DNA of 60,626 bases, the filler included, from Pirum gemmata (lineage: Eukaryota): the NCBI GenBank assembly GCA_002812295.1. It is 7 parts of 7 records of this genome, joined end to end, with 100 filler letters (N's around TTAATTAATTAA, not from the genome) between each part and the next. Parts side by side here need not be neighbours in the genome. Positions count along the whole stretch, not along the records: positions 8,850 to 17,385 come from PDIN01000076.1; positions 17,486 to 26,182 come from PDIN01000077.1; 5 more parts are not named here. One strand, given 5' to 3'. Of the stretch, positions 12,201 to 25,297 are shown piece by piece (position 1 is the stretch's first letter; each line of letters starts with the position of its first letter). The position numbers were made by a program, and so were the translations under genes. The notes under the pieces were generated by a model. It was not told the DNA's origin and searched no databases. It saw nothing but the letters and a program-made list of their open reading frames with translations.

Positions 12201-12392
12201 TTGTGCTTTTCATTTATTTTGTTAGTCCGAATGTTTATTTGGTTGTTTATAATATTTAAATTGATACTTTTAAATAAATAAATATATAATAAAATTTAAA
12301 TATACCAAATTAAATGAAATGGACTAATATTGTATTAATTTGGTACTATTTATTGTATATTTTATGACGACAAAATAACTGAAAAGCACGAT
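12201..12392 (-). mobile_element. MITE family A copy
   Basis: TA-TTGTGCTTTTCA...TGAAAAGCACGA-TA. Confidence 0.85.
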
Positions 12393-12757
12393 ATAGACTA
12401 TACTCAGAGTATACTCAGAGACTATAAGTCTATTATTACTCTATCATTAGAGTATAGACTATAGGCGCGTTCAAATAATATGTCACGTCAAGGGGTAGGT
12501 AGGTAGGTGCTATTTGACCGGAAATTTTTTAACGTCGAGGGTAGGTAGGTAGGGGTATTTGAAGCTGTATTTGACCGGAAATTGGCAACGCTCCCAACAA
12601 TGACTCTATAAACTTTACTATATTATGATAATATCATAGACCAACTTGCATAGACTGACTACTACTATGATACTCTAGAGCTATTACTACTACTAGATAG
12701 ACTAGACTACTTATCATATGATTAATATCGATAGATTATCAATTATGATACCTGTAA

Positions 12758-12892
12758 GGGAGCGTTCAAATACTTCGTAACGCTAATTTCCGGCAAAAAC
12801 CTACCCACCTACTCAAAAGTCACACAATCGTAACATCGAGAAAAATGACCTACCCATAATGACGTAACATTTTAAAAATAGTACCCTAATTA
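12758..12892 (-). mobile_element. Partial Harbinger-like MITE related to 56678-56915
   Basis: TAA-GGGAGCGTTCAAATACTTCGTAACGC; the interior matches the reverse complement of ~56790-56915. Confidence 0.7.
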
Positions 12893-14074
12893 GTATACTC
12901 AAAAAAGCAAAAAAAGCTCAAAAAATCCCAAAAAAAGCTCAAAAAATTCCAAAAAAAGCTCATTTGGCAGGAATACAAAAAAGGAGTAAGCTGTTTATTA
13001 AATATATATATCCATATCATTATTTATATATCAATAAATATTTTATGTTGTAATGATATAGAAGTAGAACTTTTAATATATTATGATATTATAATAATAT
13101 TATAATAGCGCTCTTCAGGTGGTTTGGTTTTTTTTTCTACCGGTAGTACCGGTAGTAACTAACTATAAGTATTACGTTTGCATTTTGAGAGTTTGCATTT
13201 ATTTATTATTATACATAGTTCTAGTCTCTCTCAGTAGTCTTTTTTTTTTCGAGTCCAAGACTACCAAGACAGAGCAAATAATACCATTATCAGATAAATA
13301 TATAGTTTATGATAACAGCTTTATGATAAGCAATTGTATGTATTGTTCTTTTGTTGTAGAAATATTGGTTTTTTAAAACCTTAGTTCCTTAGTAATATAG
13401 CGTTGTATGATAGTCTATTCTATTCGTTGTTGTGGATTATTACTGTTGGAGTTGTCGTCTACATTCAGACACAGATATCTCGAGGGCCGAGGCACAGATT
13501 TTTCCCTTTTCCAAAATTCTTCTGTGCTCTTTGAAAGTTTTTTCATATCTATATTAGGGAGAAATTGGTGTTTATTATCCGTTCCTAGTCTGTAATTTGA
13601 CAGCACTGTATCATGATGGGCCATGATACTGCCATGATGTAGTAGTATAGTGGAAGGTTACTGGGTTCGTACGCATACAATACAGACTACTACAGCAGAC
13701 TACAGGCAGACTACTAATGACTACACCCTACTAGCTAGCTAGCGAGAGCCTAACCCAAACCCTAACCCTCCAACAGCGTCATCAGGTTGCTATTATCATA
13801 TGAAAAGTGCAACACGTCAAGAGTCAAGACTCAAGGCCAAGCAAGTAACAATCAAATCATTATCTGATATCGATAACTTCGACTTCATACTACTGGTAGT
13901 ACTCTGGTAAGCTCTGGTATGATACTGTGATAGACTCTCTGTTAGCTCTAGTAGCTAGTAGTAGACTAGCTACTAGCTAGCTAGAGTCTAGCTAGCTACT
14001 AGTAGACTAGCTACTAGTAGCTAGCTAGAGTAGGGACTATGACGTATACTATTACTACCTAGTCTAGCTATAGG

Positions 14075-14343
14075 TAGTAGATATGATAGCTAGCTAGAGA
14101 GCTACTAGAGTTAGAGACAGAAAAAGTGCCTTTAGAAAGAAAGCATCTATTATCGATATAAATAATATGATAATGATATCGTAGTAGTAAGAGTTAGTAA
14201 GTATACTACTAGTAGCTAGTCTAGCTATAGCTAGTAGATAGCTAGAGAGCTAGTTAGAGACAGAAAAAGTGCCTTTAGAAAGAAAGCATCTATTATCGAT
14301 ATAAATTTAATATGATAATATTATGATATCGTAGTAGTAAGTA
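14075..14343 (+). repeat. Local ~145-bp tandem duplication
   Basis: AGTTAGAGACAGAAAAAGTGCCTTTAGAAAGAAAGCATCTATTATCGATATAAAT occurs twice. Confidence 0.85.
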
Positions 14344-14676
14344 GCCTTAGAACGTTCCAATTTCCCACTCCACTTCAGTGTGTGTGACAGTATTGACAGT
14401 ATGGATGAGACTCTCCACCGAGTCCCCAGAGCCCAGACTCCAAAGTATTGTTTTCTATCACGGTCTACTATCCCGATATATTTATTTGTTATATTGGTAT
14501 TTGGTATTAATAAATCGATCATATTTTAATTATTTAATAATCATGTACGGTATGCATTTATAAGGTCTAGCTAGGAGTAGTTTAACATAATATTCGAAAC
14601 TTCGAATTATATTTATATGCACAGCTCTAGCTAGCCCTATGTAGTAGATTAGCTACTAAGTCTAGCTAGAAGACTA

Positions 14677-14872
14677 TCGTGTTTTTCAATAGTGTTGTCC
14701 AGTTCAAAAACTAAAATAAACGTACCAAATTATTATTATGGTTAAACTATCAGACATGTTTTAATTAATTCGGTATTTTATATGTATTGTTGTATTTTAC
14801 AAACAAGTTCAATTATACACTTAAACAGTACCAAATTAAAGATTGAGAGGACAACTGTAATGAAATAGACGA
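14677..14872 (+). mobile_element. MITE family B full copy
   Basis: TA-TCGTGTTTTTCA...TGAAATAGACGA-TA. Confidence 0.85.
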
Positions 14873-14978
14873 TAATCAATGACTATTATAATATAGACTG
14901 TAGACAGTTACTTGATATTATAATGATAATGATATCGATAATATACTATAATATGATGGACTAATACTAATAATTAAT

Positions 14979-15164
14979 ATCGTGCTTTTCAGTTGTTTTG
15001 TCATCATAAATTATACAATAAAGAGTACCAAATTAATACAATATAAATCCATTTCATTTAATTTGGTATATTTTATTATCCATTTATTCATTTAACGATG
15101 CCAATTAAAAAATTATAACCAACCAAATAAATATTCGGAATGACAAAATAAATGAAAATCACAA
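14979..15164 (+). mobile_element. MITE family A copy
   Basis: Matches family A. Confidence 0.85.
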
Positions 15165-15561
15165 TAAAATACAGTGATAACGACCTACTAGAGTATCATA
15201 TACCATAGGATAACGACAGTAATACACATTAATCAAGCTAGTCTAGTAGACTATAATCAATGACTATAGACTAGATAGACAAATAATTGATAATATTATT
15301 GATAAATCTGAATATAAACGACAACTCTAACAATATCCACAACAACAACTACAACGCTATATTACTAGGAACTAAGGTTAAAACTAATATTTCTATCATA
15401 CAACAAAAGAACAATACAATTGAATTGCTTATCATAAACTATATAATAATATNTCTATCATACAACAAAAGAACAATACAATTGAATTGCTTATCATAAA
15501 CTATATAATAATATTATGGTATGATATTATTTGCTCTGCCTTGGTATTAAATCTTGGACTC

Positions 15562-15604
<43 letters not shown>

Positions 15605-16344
15605 GTTTATTGAACTTTATTGATAGACCTTAGTATACGCTCCTGTACTGTACACATTATTGGTAGACGAGACTATCATTTTTTATTTTCCGACACCCGA
15701 TTTCTCCTGTTGCGTCACTTGTGTGTCACAAAAATTAAAAATAAAATTTCATTATTCGCCCACAGTTCGTAAAAACAAAAAACATTAAGTAACGAATCAG
15801 CTCCTTACAGCTAAACATACTGTTTTGTAGAAAATGCCCAGTAAAAAAAATACAGTCTACGTCTCGTCGACGGTCTCGACGGTCTCGTCGAAATATATAT
15901 AAATAATTTTTTTTTTTTTAGAAATAATTTCACCAATTTTCTAGGGCTGATTCTGGCTGATTCTGGCTGGAAACAGCAATAGAAAAAAAAAAAAATGAGC
16001 ACAAAAAAAAAAGTTTATTTTTCTTAATTTGGTAATTTTTTTTGATAAAGAGGAGAAGGCTCCGAGAAGCAGACTTCAAAGTTCAAAGTTCAAACAGTAG
16101 GCCAGTAGCTACTACTAGCTAGTAGCTAGCTAGCTAGCTAGGACCAGCAGGCAGTTGCCAGTAGGTTTAAAATTTTTTTACTAGCTAGCTAGACTACTAG
16201 AGTACTAGCTAGGGGGTCTCTAGCTAGACTTTACTGAAATATTGGATTTTATTTTTTTTTTTAAAAAATATATAATAGACTATCGATAATATCTACAAAT
16301 GTTCTACAAATATAGTATCACAATTTTCGTTTACAAATAATAAA

Positions 16345-16408
<64 letters not shown>

Positions 16409-17600
16409 TCCCAGAAGTGGGACAAATCCAATGGCGAATTAACAAATTTAATACTATTACTATTATAATACTATTGTATCATATTAATAATTATTTTTAT
16501 TAATACTATTACTATATATTACTAGTATTAATACTATATAATTATTATATATTAATTACTATTAGTATTACTATTACTATTAGTATTAGTATTACTATTA
16601 CTATTACTATTACTATAGTAATATATTATATTACTATTACTATTACTATAACCCTTCTTCTCGCAAAAACAATAAAAGTATACGTAATCTCTTCTTATAT
16701 TATGATTTTAGTAGCTATTTTAGTTGAACACAAAAATATTAATGTAAAATCGTATCATAACACTAACACTACTAACACTACTACACGTTTAGTGATCATA
16801 TTATTATAAATCATTGATATGATAACTTATATAGGGTATTATAGCTAGCTAGTAGGGTATGATATTATAGAATATATACGATAGGGTCCACCAGAAAACC
16901 TGACCAGAAAACCCTAACCCTAACCCCTAACCCTAACCCATCTTCAATCCTAAAGCAACAAATAGGACGTCAGTATGATTAGATATAAACATTTAGCTAA
17001 TAATAAGCAAGTGTTAATTCTACCTAGTCCAAAAAATATTCTGAAGAATACGAACTTATTTACACAGACTTTACAAAGTTTACACAAATTACACCAGCTG
17101 GTTTACTCAACTTTTACTCAGTAGTCTATTTCCGAAAGAGCTTTTTGGTTGGGTCCTGTTGGTTTCCCAACTATTTTATCAGAGACGCTCAGACTATTTT
17201 TTTTTTTTTTTTAAAAAAAGCCGGGTTCGTTTTCTGGCCCGGATTTTATTAAGCAGAGTTCGAAAATTTTATTTATATTTCAAAATGGTAACTATTGAGG
17301 AACACATTCTACCCATATGCTAGTTAAAAAAAAAGTTGAAGGACAAAATTTCAGTTAGATTTAATTAAAGAATCACCTTCATAGCNNNNNNNNNNNNNNN
17401 NNNNNNNNNNNNNNNNNNNNNNNNNNNNNTTAATTAATTAANNNNNNNNNNNNNNNNNNNNNNNNNNNNNNNNNNNNNNNNNNNNCGAACTATTTGTTTA
17501 ACTACACATTTTCTAGACGAAGCAGATTTACTTGGAAAAGATTTCATGTAGATGGAAAAACCCCACTCAAAGTAATTATCAAAACTTAAAAAGGTGTTAC

Positions 17601-20060
17601 CAATAATTTTAACAGCATGTCCTCCCAACATTGATCCTTTAACGTGTTGATAAACACCCGACTTATAGTTTGGAAAATCAGCCTATCAAAAAGAAAGTTT
17701 TTTTTTATTAAAAGACACAACATTATTTGATATTTAATTGTGTTATATTTGATATTTAATTGTATAATTTATAAGTTTGTTAGAAATATTTAAACATATC
17801 TGAATTAGAGTGTTGTTTTTTTAACCGAAAATGATAATAAAAGTATAAAAGTATAAAATATTAAAATAAAAATAAAGGACAGACAAGATTGACTTAAAAC
17901 AAGAATTGATGAAATTTAGTAAAAGATAATTACGTAAACTGAATATGCAGCAGTAACTGGCCCATTTGTCATTATTTCTCTTTGGATATCTGTTTCTCCA
18001 CTGATTGAATAAGCACTTTTTGCGAAATGCTTGTCTTCTTTGAATAGGGATGGATAGCCCTTTTCAGAGCATGTTGATCTACATTTAGGTGTGCTTCCTT
18101 CACCTATATTATTGAATAGATTATTAATCAGGCTAAGAATGTTATACTCGTACTCCCACCTACATCTCTTATAACAAAACTACTATTTCACCTCAACCAC
18201 TATATACTATTTTTCAAATAATTAAAAATTACATTTTTGTTCAAAATAATTTATGTAGTAAATTAAATAAATTCAACATATACATTGCATTTGCAGATGG
18301 GTTATAACAATCATTTGTAGATCCAAATAATTTTGAATGCATGATTATTTTATTTTCCTAAATATTTTTATGTAACGTGTCATGTGTTTGCAATTCATTT
18401 TTTAGGTTTTGGTGTGAAATTTAAACCTACCAGAGCAAGGGGGAAGAGTTGATTGAACATGGTGAGCACACATTTCAAGCTCGTATGGGTAACAAGTATC
18501 GCCAGTTCCTATTTCTGGGTTGTCACCACCTAATATCATGTATGGAAAAGTGAGTGCATTTTTAGTGTAAATTGCTCTACTGTTAAGGTTGTAATCAGTA
18601 ACTAGGTAAAAAAATGTTTTTTTCTTAAAACAGATGGATGGATGGATGGGAGAGTTGCTTATTACTGGCCGAAAAAGTAAATTCATTATAATCTAGATAA
18701 TATTTTTCACTTATAAGTGAAGAATACCTGAAACTATGCCATGATTAACGAAATAATCCCAAGCTCCGCTAGGTTGTCCTCCATTACAACCAAATGAAAA
18801 ACAGCTTAAGAAACCACAACATGATGTGGTATGTTGAACAGATAGTTTCTGGGTGAATTTTCCTTTAGACGCAATGCCTATTATAAAAGTTTGATAAAGG
18901 TTTGAAATTAGGAATGGCTAAAATACATGCACAGATACGATAGTAAGGATGGCACTCGTTCGACTTACAAAACCTATCCCACATAATAGTACTTACATAA
19001 TCGATCATTCATTGCTTCGGTTGAACCAAACGCCCAACAGCTACCTAAGGATAAAAATGTAAACTGTACGTTAGTTTTCTATTATATTATAAAATTGAAG
19101 GAATGGAAATAAGAAAAAGAAGAAGAAACTGATAGAAATAAATAAGAAAAAAAGTGAAGAATGGATATTGCATTTGTCAAAACCTCGAAATGTATAAATA
19201 TCTATGTATATTCGAAATGTATAAATATTTATGTATATTCGAAATGTATAAATATCTATGAATATTAGTTAACTGTTAGTTAACTATGGGTTTTAGCGAT
19301 TACTTTGTTTTTATCGATTTAGCAAACGTTTGGGTAGGGTTAGGGTTAGGGTTCGGGTTAGGGTTAGGGTTAGGATCAGGGTCAGGGTCAGGGTCAGGGT
19401 AAGGGTAAGGGTTAGGGTTAGGGTTAGGGTTAGGGTTAGGGTTAGGGTTAGGGTTAGGGTTAGGGTTAGGGTTAGGGTTAGGGTTAGGGTTAGGGTTAGG
19501 GTTAGGGTTTGAGTTTGAGTTTGAGTTTGAGTTATGAAGATAAGAAAAAGAGAGAAGAAAGGAATAGAAATAAGAAAAAGAGTTGTTTTTTAATCTCGGA
19601 ATGTATAAACAGCTAGGTATGGTTTTTTGTGGTTTGTTTTGTTTTCATAGATTTCATCTAGCGTTTAGGTAATATTTGAGTACTTTGGTGTTTTTTAATA
19701 CATACCACAACTAGCTTGATCACGAGCATGTCCTATCAATGCTGCACATTTAGGCCACTCTTTCCTGCTATCAAATTCTTCAGGGATAGGTTTAGACATA
19801 ACTTCTTCCGAATGTGTCTTTAAAGGTAATCGATAAACTTTTTCATTGCCCCCATCAACAAAAGTTCCACACAAAATAGCGATATCTTTGTCAGTAGCTC
19901 CAAAAAAGCGCAAATTGGCTTGTGCTTTCCACGTTGAATTCATAGAATTTACTAGTTCAATGATGCTAGGTTGATAAACATTGTTCTGGTTGTTTTCAAG
20001 TACCACATATCCGGTAGCTGAAGTAATTACGCTTAACGAAGCAAGAGCAAAAAACATCAT
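17601..20060 (-). CDS. CTSB: Cathepsin B (papain family C1A) preproenzyme, spliced, 3'-partial
   Basis: Exons 20060-19706, 19044-18997, 18877-18728, 18529-18431, 18103-17934 and 17682-17601 all have GT-AG junctions and compatible phases. Product has a signal peptide, propeptide, [25 protein letters not shown] (catalytic Cys), GCNGG, occluding-loop [18 protein letters not shown] and GGHAVKIIG (catalytic His). The exon with the catalytic Asn lies beyond the contig edge. Confidence 0.96.
19332..19509 (+). repeat. (TTAGGG)n array inside cathepsin B intron 1
   Basis: About 29 hexamers including TCAGGG/TAAGGG variants, followed by (TTTGAG)n. Confidence 0.95.
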
Positions 20061-20683
20061 TTTAAAAAAAGGTACAGTTTATCTTTCTGATATATTTATT
20101 TCAAAAATATAAACAAAATGAAAAATTATGATAACTGTTTATTATATATTTGCTCATACAAGATTTATTTATAGTGGATAGTTTCAAAAATATAAACAAA
20201 ATGAAAAATTATGATAACTTTTTATTATTTTTTGTTTTGTTTTTTATTTATATACTCTCTCGACTCGAGTTTAGCCGGGCAGAAAAATAATAATAAATTA
20301 TTTCTCTTCAGTTTCTCAGTTTCTCCTCTACAATACTATCGATAGCTACGATAGTATCATAGCTATCATGAAGTTCACCACCTCCCACCAGTTCACTCCC
20401 ACCAGTCTCCAGTCTCCACCTGAGAATAATTTAGAGAATTTCCTTGGAATTTCTGAAAAAAAAAAAAACGATGAAAAAAAAACTGAAAAAAACAGTAAAA
20501 AAAAAGTAAAAAAAACTTGTACTAGCTAGAGCTATATCGAATCATTTTATCGATGATATTATATTATTTAGTCTATCGATATGATTATGCATTATCATTA
20601 TGATATTAGTAGAAAAAAAATGAAAAAAATTGTGAATCGCTTTATTTATTTTAGGGCCTAGCTAGCTTAGTAGCTAGTAGTGC

Positions 20684-20714
<31 letters not shown>

Positions 20715-22260
20715 TTTGTGTGTTTATGTGTGTGCACTGTGCATATCAAATTATCAATATCCCTTTCTATTATCGAAGAAGATATTATTGATATTGTCCG
20801 GTTCAAAACCTGAAATAAACGTAGTTCTACATTATGGTTAAGCTATATCACATATGTTTTAATTAATTTGATATTTTATACTTAATTTTTTTTATATAAA
20901 AAAGATCAATTATACGCTTAAACAGTACCAAATTAAAGATTGAGAGAGGATTGAGAGGACAATTGTAATGATATAGACGATATGATAATATCGACTTGAT
21001 ATCGATAGTATGATATTATTATCACTTATCGAGATAATAACATTTAGGCCAGGTATAATAATAATTCTAGCTAGACCTAGCTAGCAGCCCTGGTCCTATC
21101 GTAGCTATCAATAGCTACTAGCTAAGAGCTAGACTAGCTAGACCTCTAGCTAGTAGCTAGACCTAGCCTTATCAATTTATTAATATCACTGATATTATGA
21201 TATGATATTATGATATTTTGATATCATATCATAGACTACAAGGACTTCAAAAAAAATTGAAGTCCTTGTATCATATCATAATAATATTATATCGTAATAA
21301 TGATAATTATATTATATATCTGATAGACTATAAGCTCTCATATTGATATAATATCAGTTGATAGGACGTCTCTGAAGCTACTAGCTAGAGCTAGCTACTA
21401 GTAACTATCGATAGCTATCCGATAGTACCATGGTTAGCTAGTCTACTGTAGCTAGCTAGCTAGAGCTATCTGATAGCTAGTTATCGTAGAGTGACCAGAT
21501 TCCTGAGCTCCCAGTAGTGGATGAGTTCAAGGAAAAAAAAAAAGAAAAAAAAAAAACTTTTTTTTTTAATCTTTTCACGGCCACCTATGATATGACCTAT
21601 GACTTAGTAGTAAGTAGTCTTAGGCTACTAAGTCTTAGTATGAGTCGCTGCCTAGCTACTAGCTAGCTAGATGAGTCGGCTGCTATGAGTCAGACTCATG
21701 ATAGACTACTAGCTAGCTAGCTAGAACTAGCTACTAGCTACTAGGTGCCTAGGTGCCTGTCTGAGGTGCCCGTGCATCTTTTTGTCAAGTTTTGAATCCT
21801 TGAAAAAAGTGAAAAAAAAACTAAAAAAGCCAAGGGCGTTCAAGAAATTTTTTAGCTAATTTTTTCTGGTTCAAGAAATTTTTTTCTTGGTCCTTTGAAA
21901 AAAACTACTATCGATAACTTATCGATAGTATCATATTATAGCATATTAATAGGGGTGTTCGGTTTGTAGACCTTGCTAGTTAGCTAGCTAGTGGGGTCTA
22001 GCTAGAGTCTAGAGCTGGCTAGCTAGCTATCATAGCTAGTAGGCTATGCATAGAGAGTAGACTCAAGCCAGGGTCTAACTTAGGGGTAGGGGTCTAACTA
22101 AAAAGCTGTCTTAGCCTGTCTAAAACCAGAAAAAACTGAAAAACTGAAGAAAAAAACTGATCTATGAATCTGACTATGATTAATTAAATAAATATCATAC
22201 TGAGCTAGCCGCTAGCTAGCTACTAGTAGCTATCGATAGCTATAGGCTATAGCTAAAGTA

Positions 22261-22444
22261 TCGTCTATTTCATTATAGTTGTCCTTTCTATCTTTAATTT
22301 GGTACCGTTCAATTGTATAATTGAACTTTTTTAAAATATAAAATTACTATATAAATATCAAATTAATTAAAACATGACCAAATAATTATAATTTGGTAAG
22401 CTTATTTCAGTTTTTGAACTGGACAACACTATTGAAAAACACGA
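22261..22444 (-). mobile_element. MITE family B copy
   Basis: TA-TCGTCTATTTCA...TGAAAAACACGA-TA. Confidence 0.85.
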
Positions 22445-22984
22445 TAGTAGACCTAGTCTAGACTATGTTTGGAAAAAAAAAACTATAATAAAAAACACTT
22501 AGACTCGACTACCAGGTCCCGCTAAAGCAGGCCCTCCTGGTAAGACCTGGTCGGACCTGACTATGAAAAAAAAAAAAAAAAAAAAAAAAGGAAAAAAAAA
22601 AAAGGAATTTTTTCTACCAGATCTGCTAACTACTATATCCAGTACTATTAAAGTTACCTGTGAAGAAGTGAAGAACCTGTGAATCTGTGATTCTGTGAAC
22701 CAGGGAAGCTACAGGCTAGAGCCGCTAGATACCAGGGCTACAGCAGGCTACCAGGGACCTGGAAAATCCCCAATCCTACAGTTGCTACTACTAGCTAGCT
22801 ACTAGAACTACTATGATATGATATTATGATATGATATCATCATATCGATAGTATCATATTCGATATGATATTATGCTATTACTACAGAATAGTTACAGAA
22901 TACGCCCACTATGATAGCTACTAACTAGCTAGCTAGCTAGACTAGTAGATAAAAATATCGATCAATATAGAAGTAATACAAAGT

Positions 22985-23130
22985 TGATATGATACAACTT
23001 CCTGTTTCATATCTGAACGTCAATGTTTACCACGAATTAGGTAACTCACCCTTATTCATGGCAAACAATCTATTAACAACCTATTTCACCTTACTAATAT
23101 TCACCTATTATTAATAATAATAATAATAAC

Positions 23131-23161
<31 letters not shown>

Positions 23162-24230
23162 GTCTAAAATTTAATACTCTAAATTCGTTGTTTTTTTTAT
23201 ATATTCGTTTTTTTTTTTTTATTCGTTGTTTTTAATTCGTCACCACAAAAATACGGTTAGTAAATGATCATTAATCCCTATCTTTACTCAGTATTATAAT
23301 ATAATATTATATTATGAACATTCATAATAATGATATAATTTATCATAATTCTCTTCATAGTAAAAGACCCCCGCATAACCAATTTTTGAATTAGCATCTG
23401 TGTAAACAAACATGACATTAATTGTAAAGATGCTAGATTGGTCTTCATGTCCCATAACTCCTTTCGTACATCATCCATCATCACGCAATACTATAACATA
23501 TAATATAACATCATTATTTATATTTATCAACTTATAAATGTTATTCAAACTTTACCCAAAACAGACTCAAGTAATTGTGATATAACCTAATTTGACGTCA
23601 TTAATAAAGATAATAGATTTTGTATCGCTTTCAATTTATCTGACTTAGTTAAGCATTTAGTATTTCACCTAACAATCTAACCACACGTTCTACAATAATA
23701 TTATGTTGAACTATAAACACACTCTAAGGAAAACCTTGAGACAAAACTTTAAAAACTGAATAATAATAGCCATAATATGACCTTGGCATAACCATAATAC
23801 GACCTTGGTATAAACTTATATACTGATGGTAAATCAAAATATTGAGAGAGCCAAAATGGTATATTATATTATACAAAAACGGTAAAAACAATTATTGATA
23901 TCAGTTTTTGAAAAAAAATAAATTATCACTATCCTTTTTAATTATATTATGTGCTATCATTGATGGAGTTGGCAGATAAACCTTAGGAGGGGTAACAAAA
24001 AACTTGTTTGGAACGTTACCTTGATAAAAAATTCGATCATGATTGTCATCTTTTACATATCGAAAATTTCTGCAGTAACCTTAGGTTTTTGACTCTGCAA
24101 CATTAATGAGAACATCCGAATCACACATACGTTTCAACAGTGTTTAACTACATTCTCATATGTTACGTAAAACTCATGAAAATTGCTTTAGGTACTATAC
24201 TCGCTAATGAGAATTTAGAAGACGTTGCTA
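22985..24230 (-). pseudogene. Decayed reverse transcriptase/RNase H of a tyrosine-recombinase (DIRS-order) retrotransposon
   Basis: Minus-strand motifs in correct order across stops and frameshifts: YVKDDNHDRIFYQGNVPNKFFVTPPKVYLPTP, KTDINNCFYRF, IPFWLSQYFDLPSV, VFKVLSQGFP*SVF, GYI(D)NYL, then RNase H FVYTDANSKIGYAGVF and later LFAMNKG. Confidence 0.75.
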
Positions 24231-25241
24231 CTTAATTAAAAGTAATCATACATAAAAATTTTATTATTATTTACAATATCGTCCATTTCATTTCAGTTGC
24301 TCTCAATATTTAATTTGGTACTGTTTAAGTGTATAATTGGACTTATTTATAAAATTATTAAAATACAACATAATCAACAGTCCAAAACCTCAAATCAACA
24401 CTGATTCAACAGTCCAAGACTCCAAAACCCTGCCCAAAACCTCAGTCCAAAACCTCAGTACCCACAGTGTATCCACCAATGGGCCACCATATCCAAAATA
24501 TTTACGAATTATCTATCTAGCTCTTATCTAGGATCATATAGTTTCTATACGTAGTTTTTAGATTTGATTTGGAATTTTGGACCAAAAAAAAAAAAAAAAA
24601 AAAAGTATGAAAGTAGAACAGAACTACTGGTTGGTAGTTAGTTAGTAGTTAGTTAGTAACAGTAAAACTAGACAATACCACTAAACCAATACCAAACCAG
24701 TAACCCCCAAAAAAAAAGCCTAAAAAAAGATTCCTGTCAAAGATTCAAAGCACCACCTGCAGTAGCCCACTAGTAGCCGGGACTGTAGCAGTACTGTAGC
24801 CCACATAATCTAGGCTCTAGCAGCTGCTCTAGCCTAGCATTTATGATACATAAAATTTAATCCATATTATTTTGTGGATTATGATAAAGTTGGTGAAGTT
24901 ATTCGAATTGCTCGAATATATATAACTACTATTGTTCGAAAATTTACGATCAAGCTCGAAAACTGTATTTAGTTCTGCCTGCCTATGTAATATTGCTCGA
25001 AACTTTTCATCACATGTTTGAACATTTCATATGTTCGAAAAGTGAGCTTGAACTTTTGAAAAGTGAGCTTGAACTTTTCAAACATAAGTAATTAGATCAG
25101 TTCGACATTTCAAACACATATAAAAAAAGGGTGTAACTTTTTTATTAGTGAAAAAAAAAGATGGACGTTTTTAAACTGTGTGCACCATAACAGTGAAAAT
25201 ATAGCTGGTGAAAATATAGCTGGTGAAAATAGAAAATAGAT

Positions 25242-25297
25242 TTAGGGTTTAATAGGGTTAGGGTTAGGGTTAGGGTTAGGGTTAGGGTTAGGGTTAG
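25242..25297 (+). repeat. Interstitial telomeric array flanked by 10-bp direct repeat GAAAATAGAT
   Basis: GAAAATAGAT at 25232-25241 and 25298-25307. Confidence 0.85.

Noticed and set aside
6697..12595. Regularly recurring palindromic repeats as a CRISPR-like array
   Set aside because: They are dispersed in both orientations, with TIRs and TSDs, no repeat-spacer periodicity and no cas genes, so they are MITEs.
17434..17600. ORF-track continuation of cathepsin B ([15 protein letters not shown]...)
   Set aside because: Homology stops at a GTAACA donor after KIIG. The WG here is not splice-phase compatible and lacks the YW..ANSW motif.
19330..19512. (RV)n ORF and similar ORFs at 25145-25336, 53978-54281, 26290-26703, 28743-29076 and 57784-58006
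   Set aside because: These are translations of telomeric, simple or homopolymer repeats.
22985..24230. Alternative genetic code (TAA/TAG read-through) to explain in-frame stops
   Set aside because: Intact genes here are open in the standard code and end in TAA, TAG or TGA, and the relic also has frameshifts.
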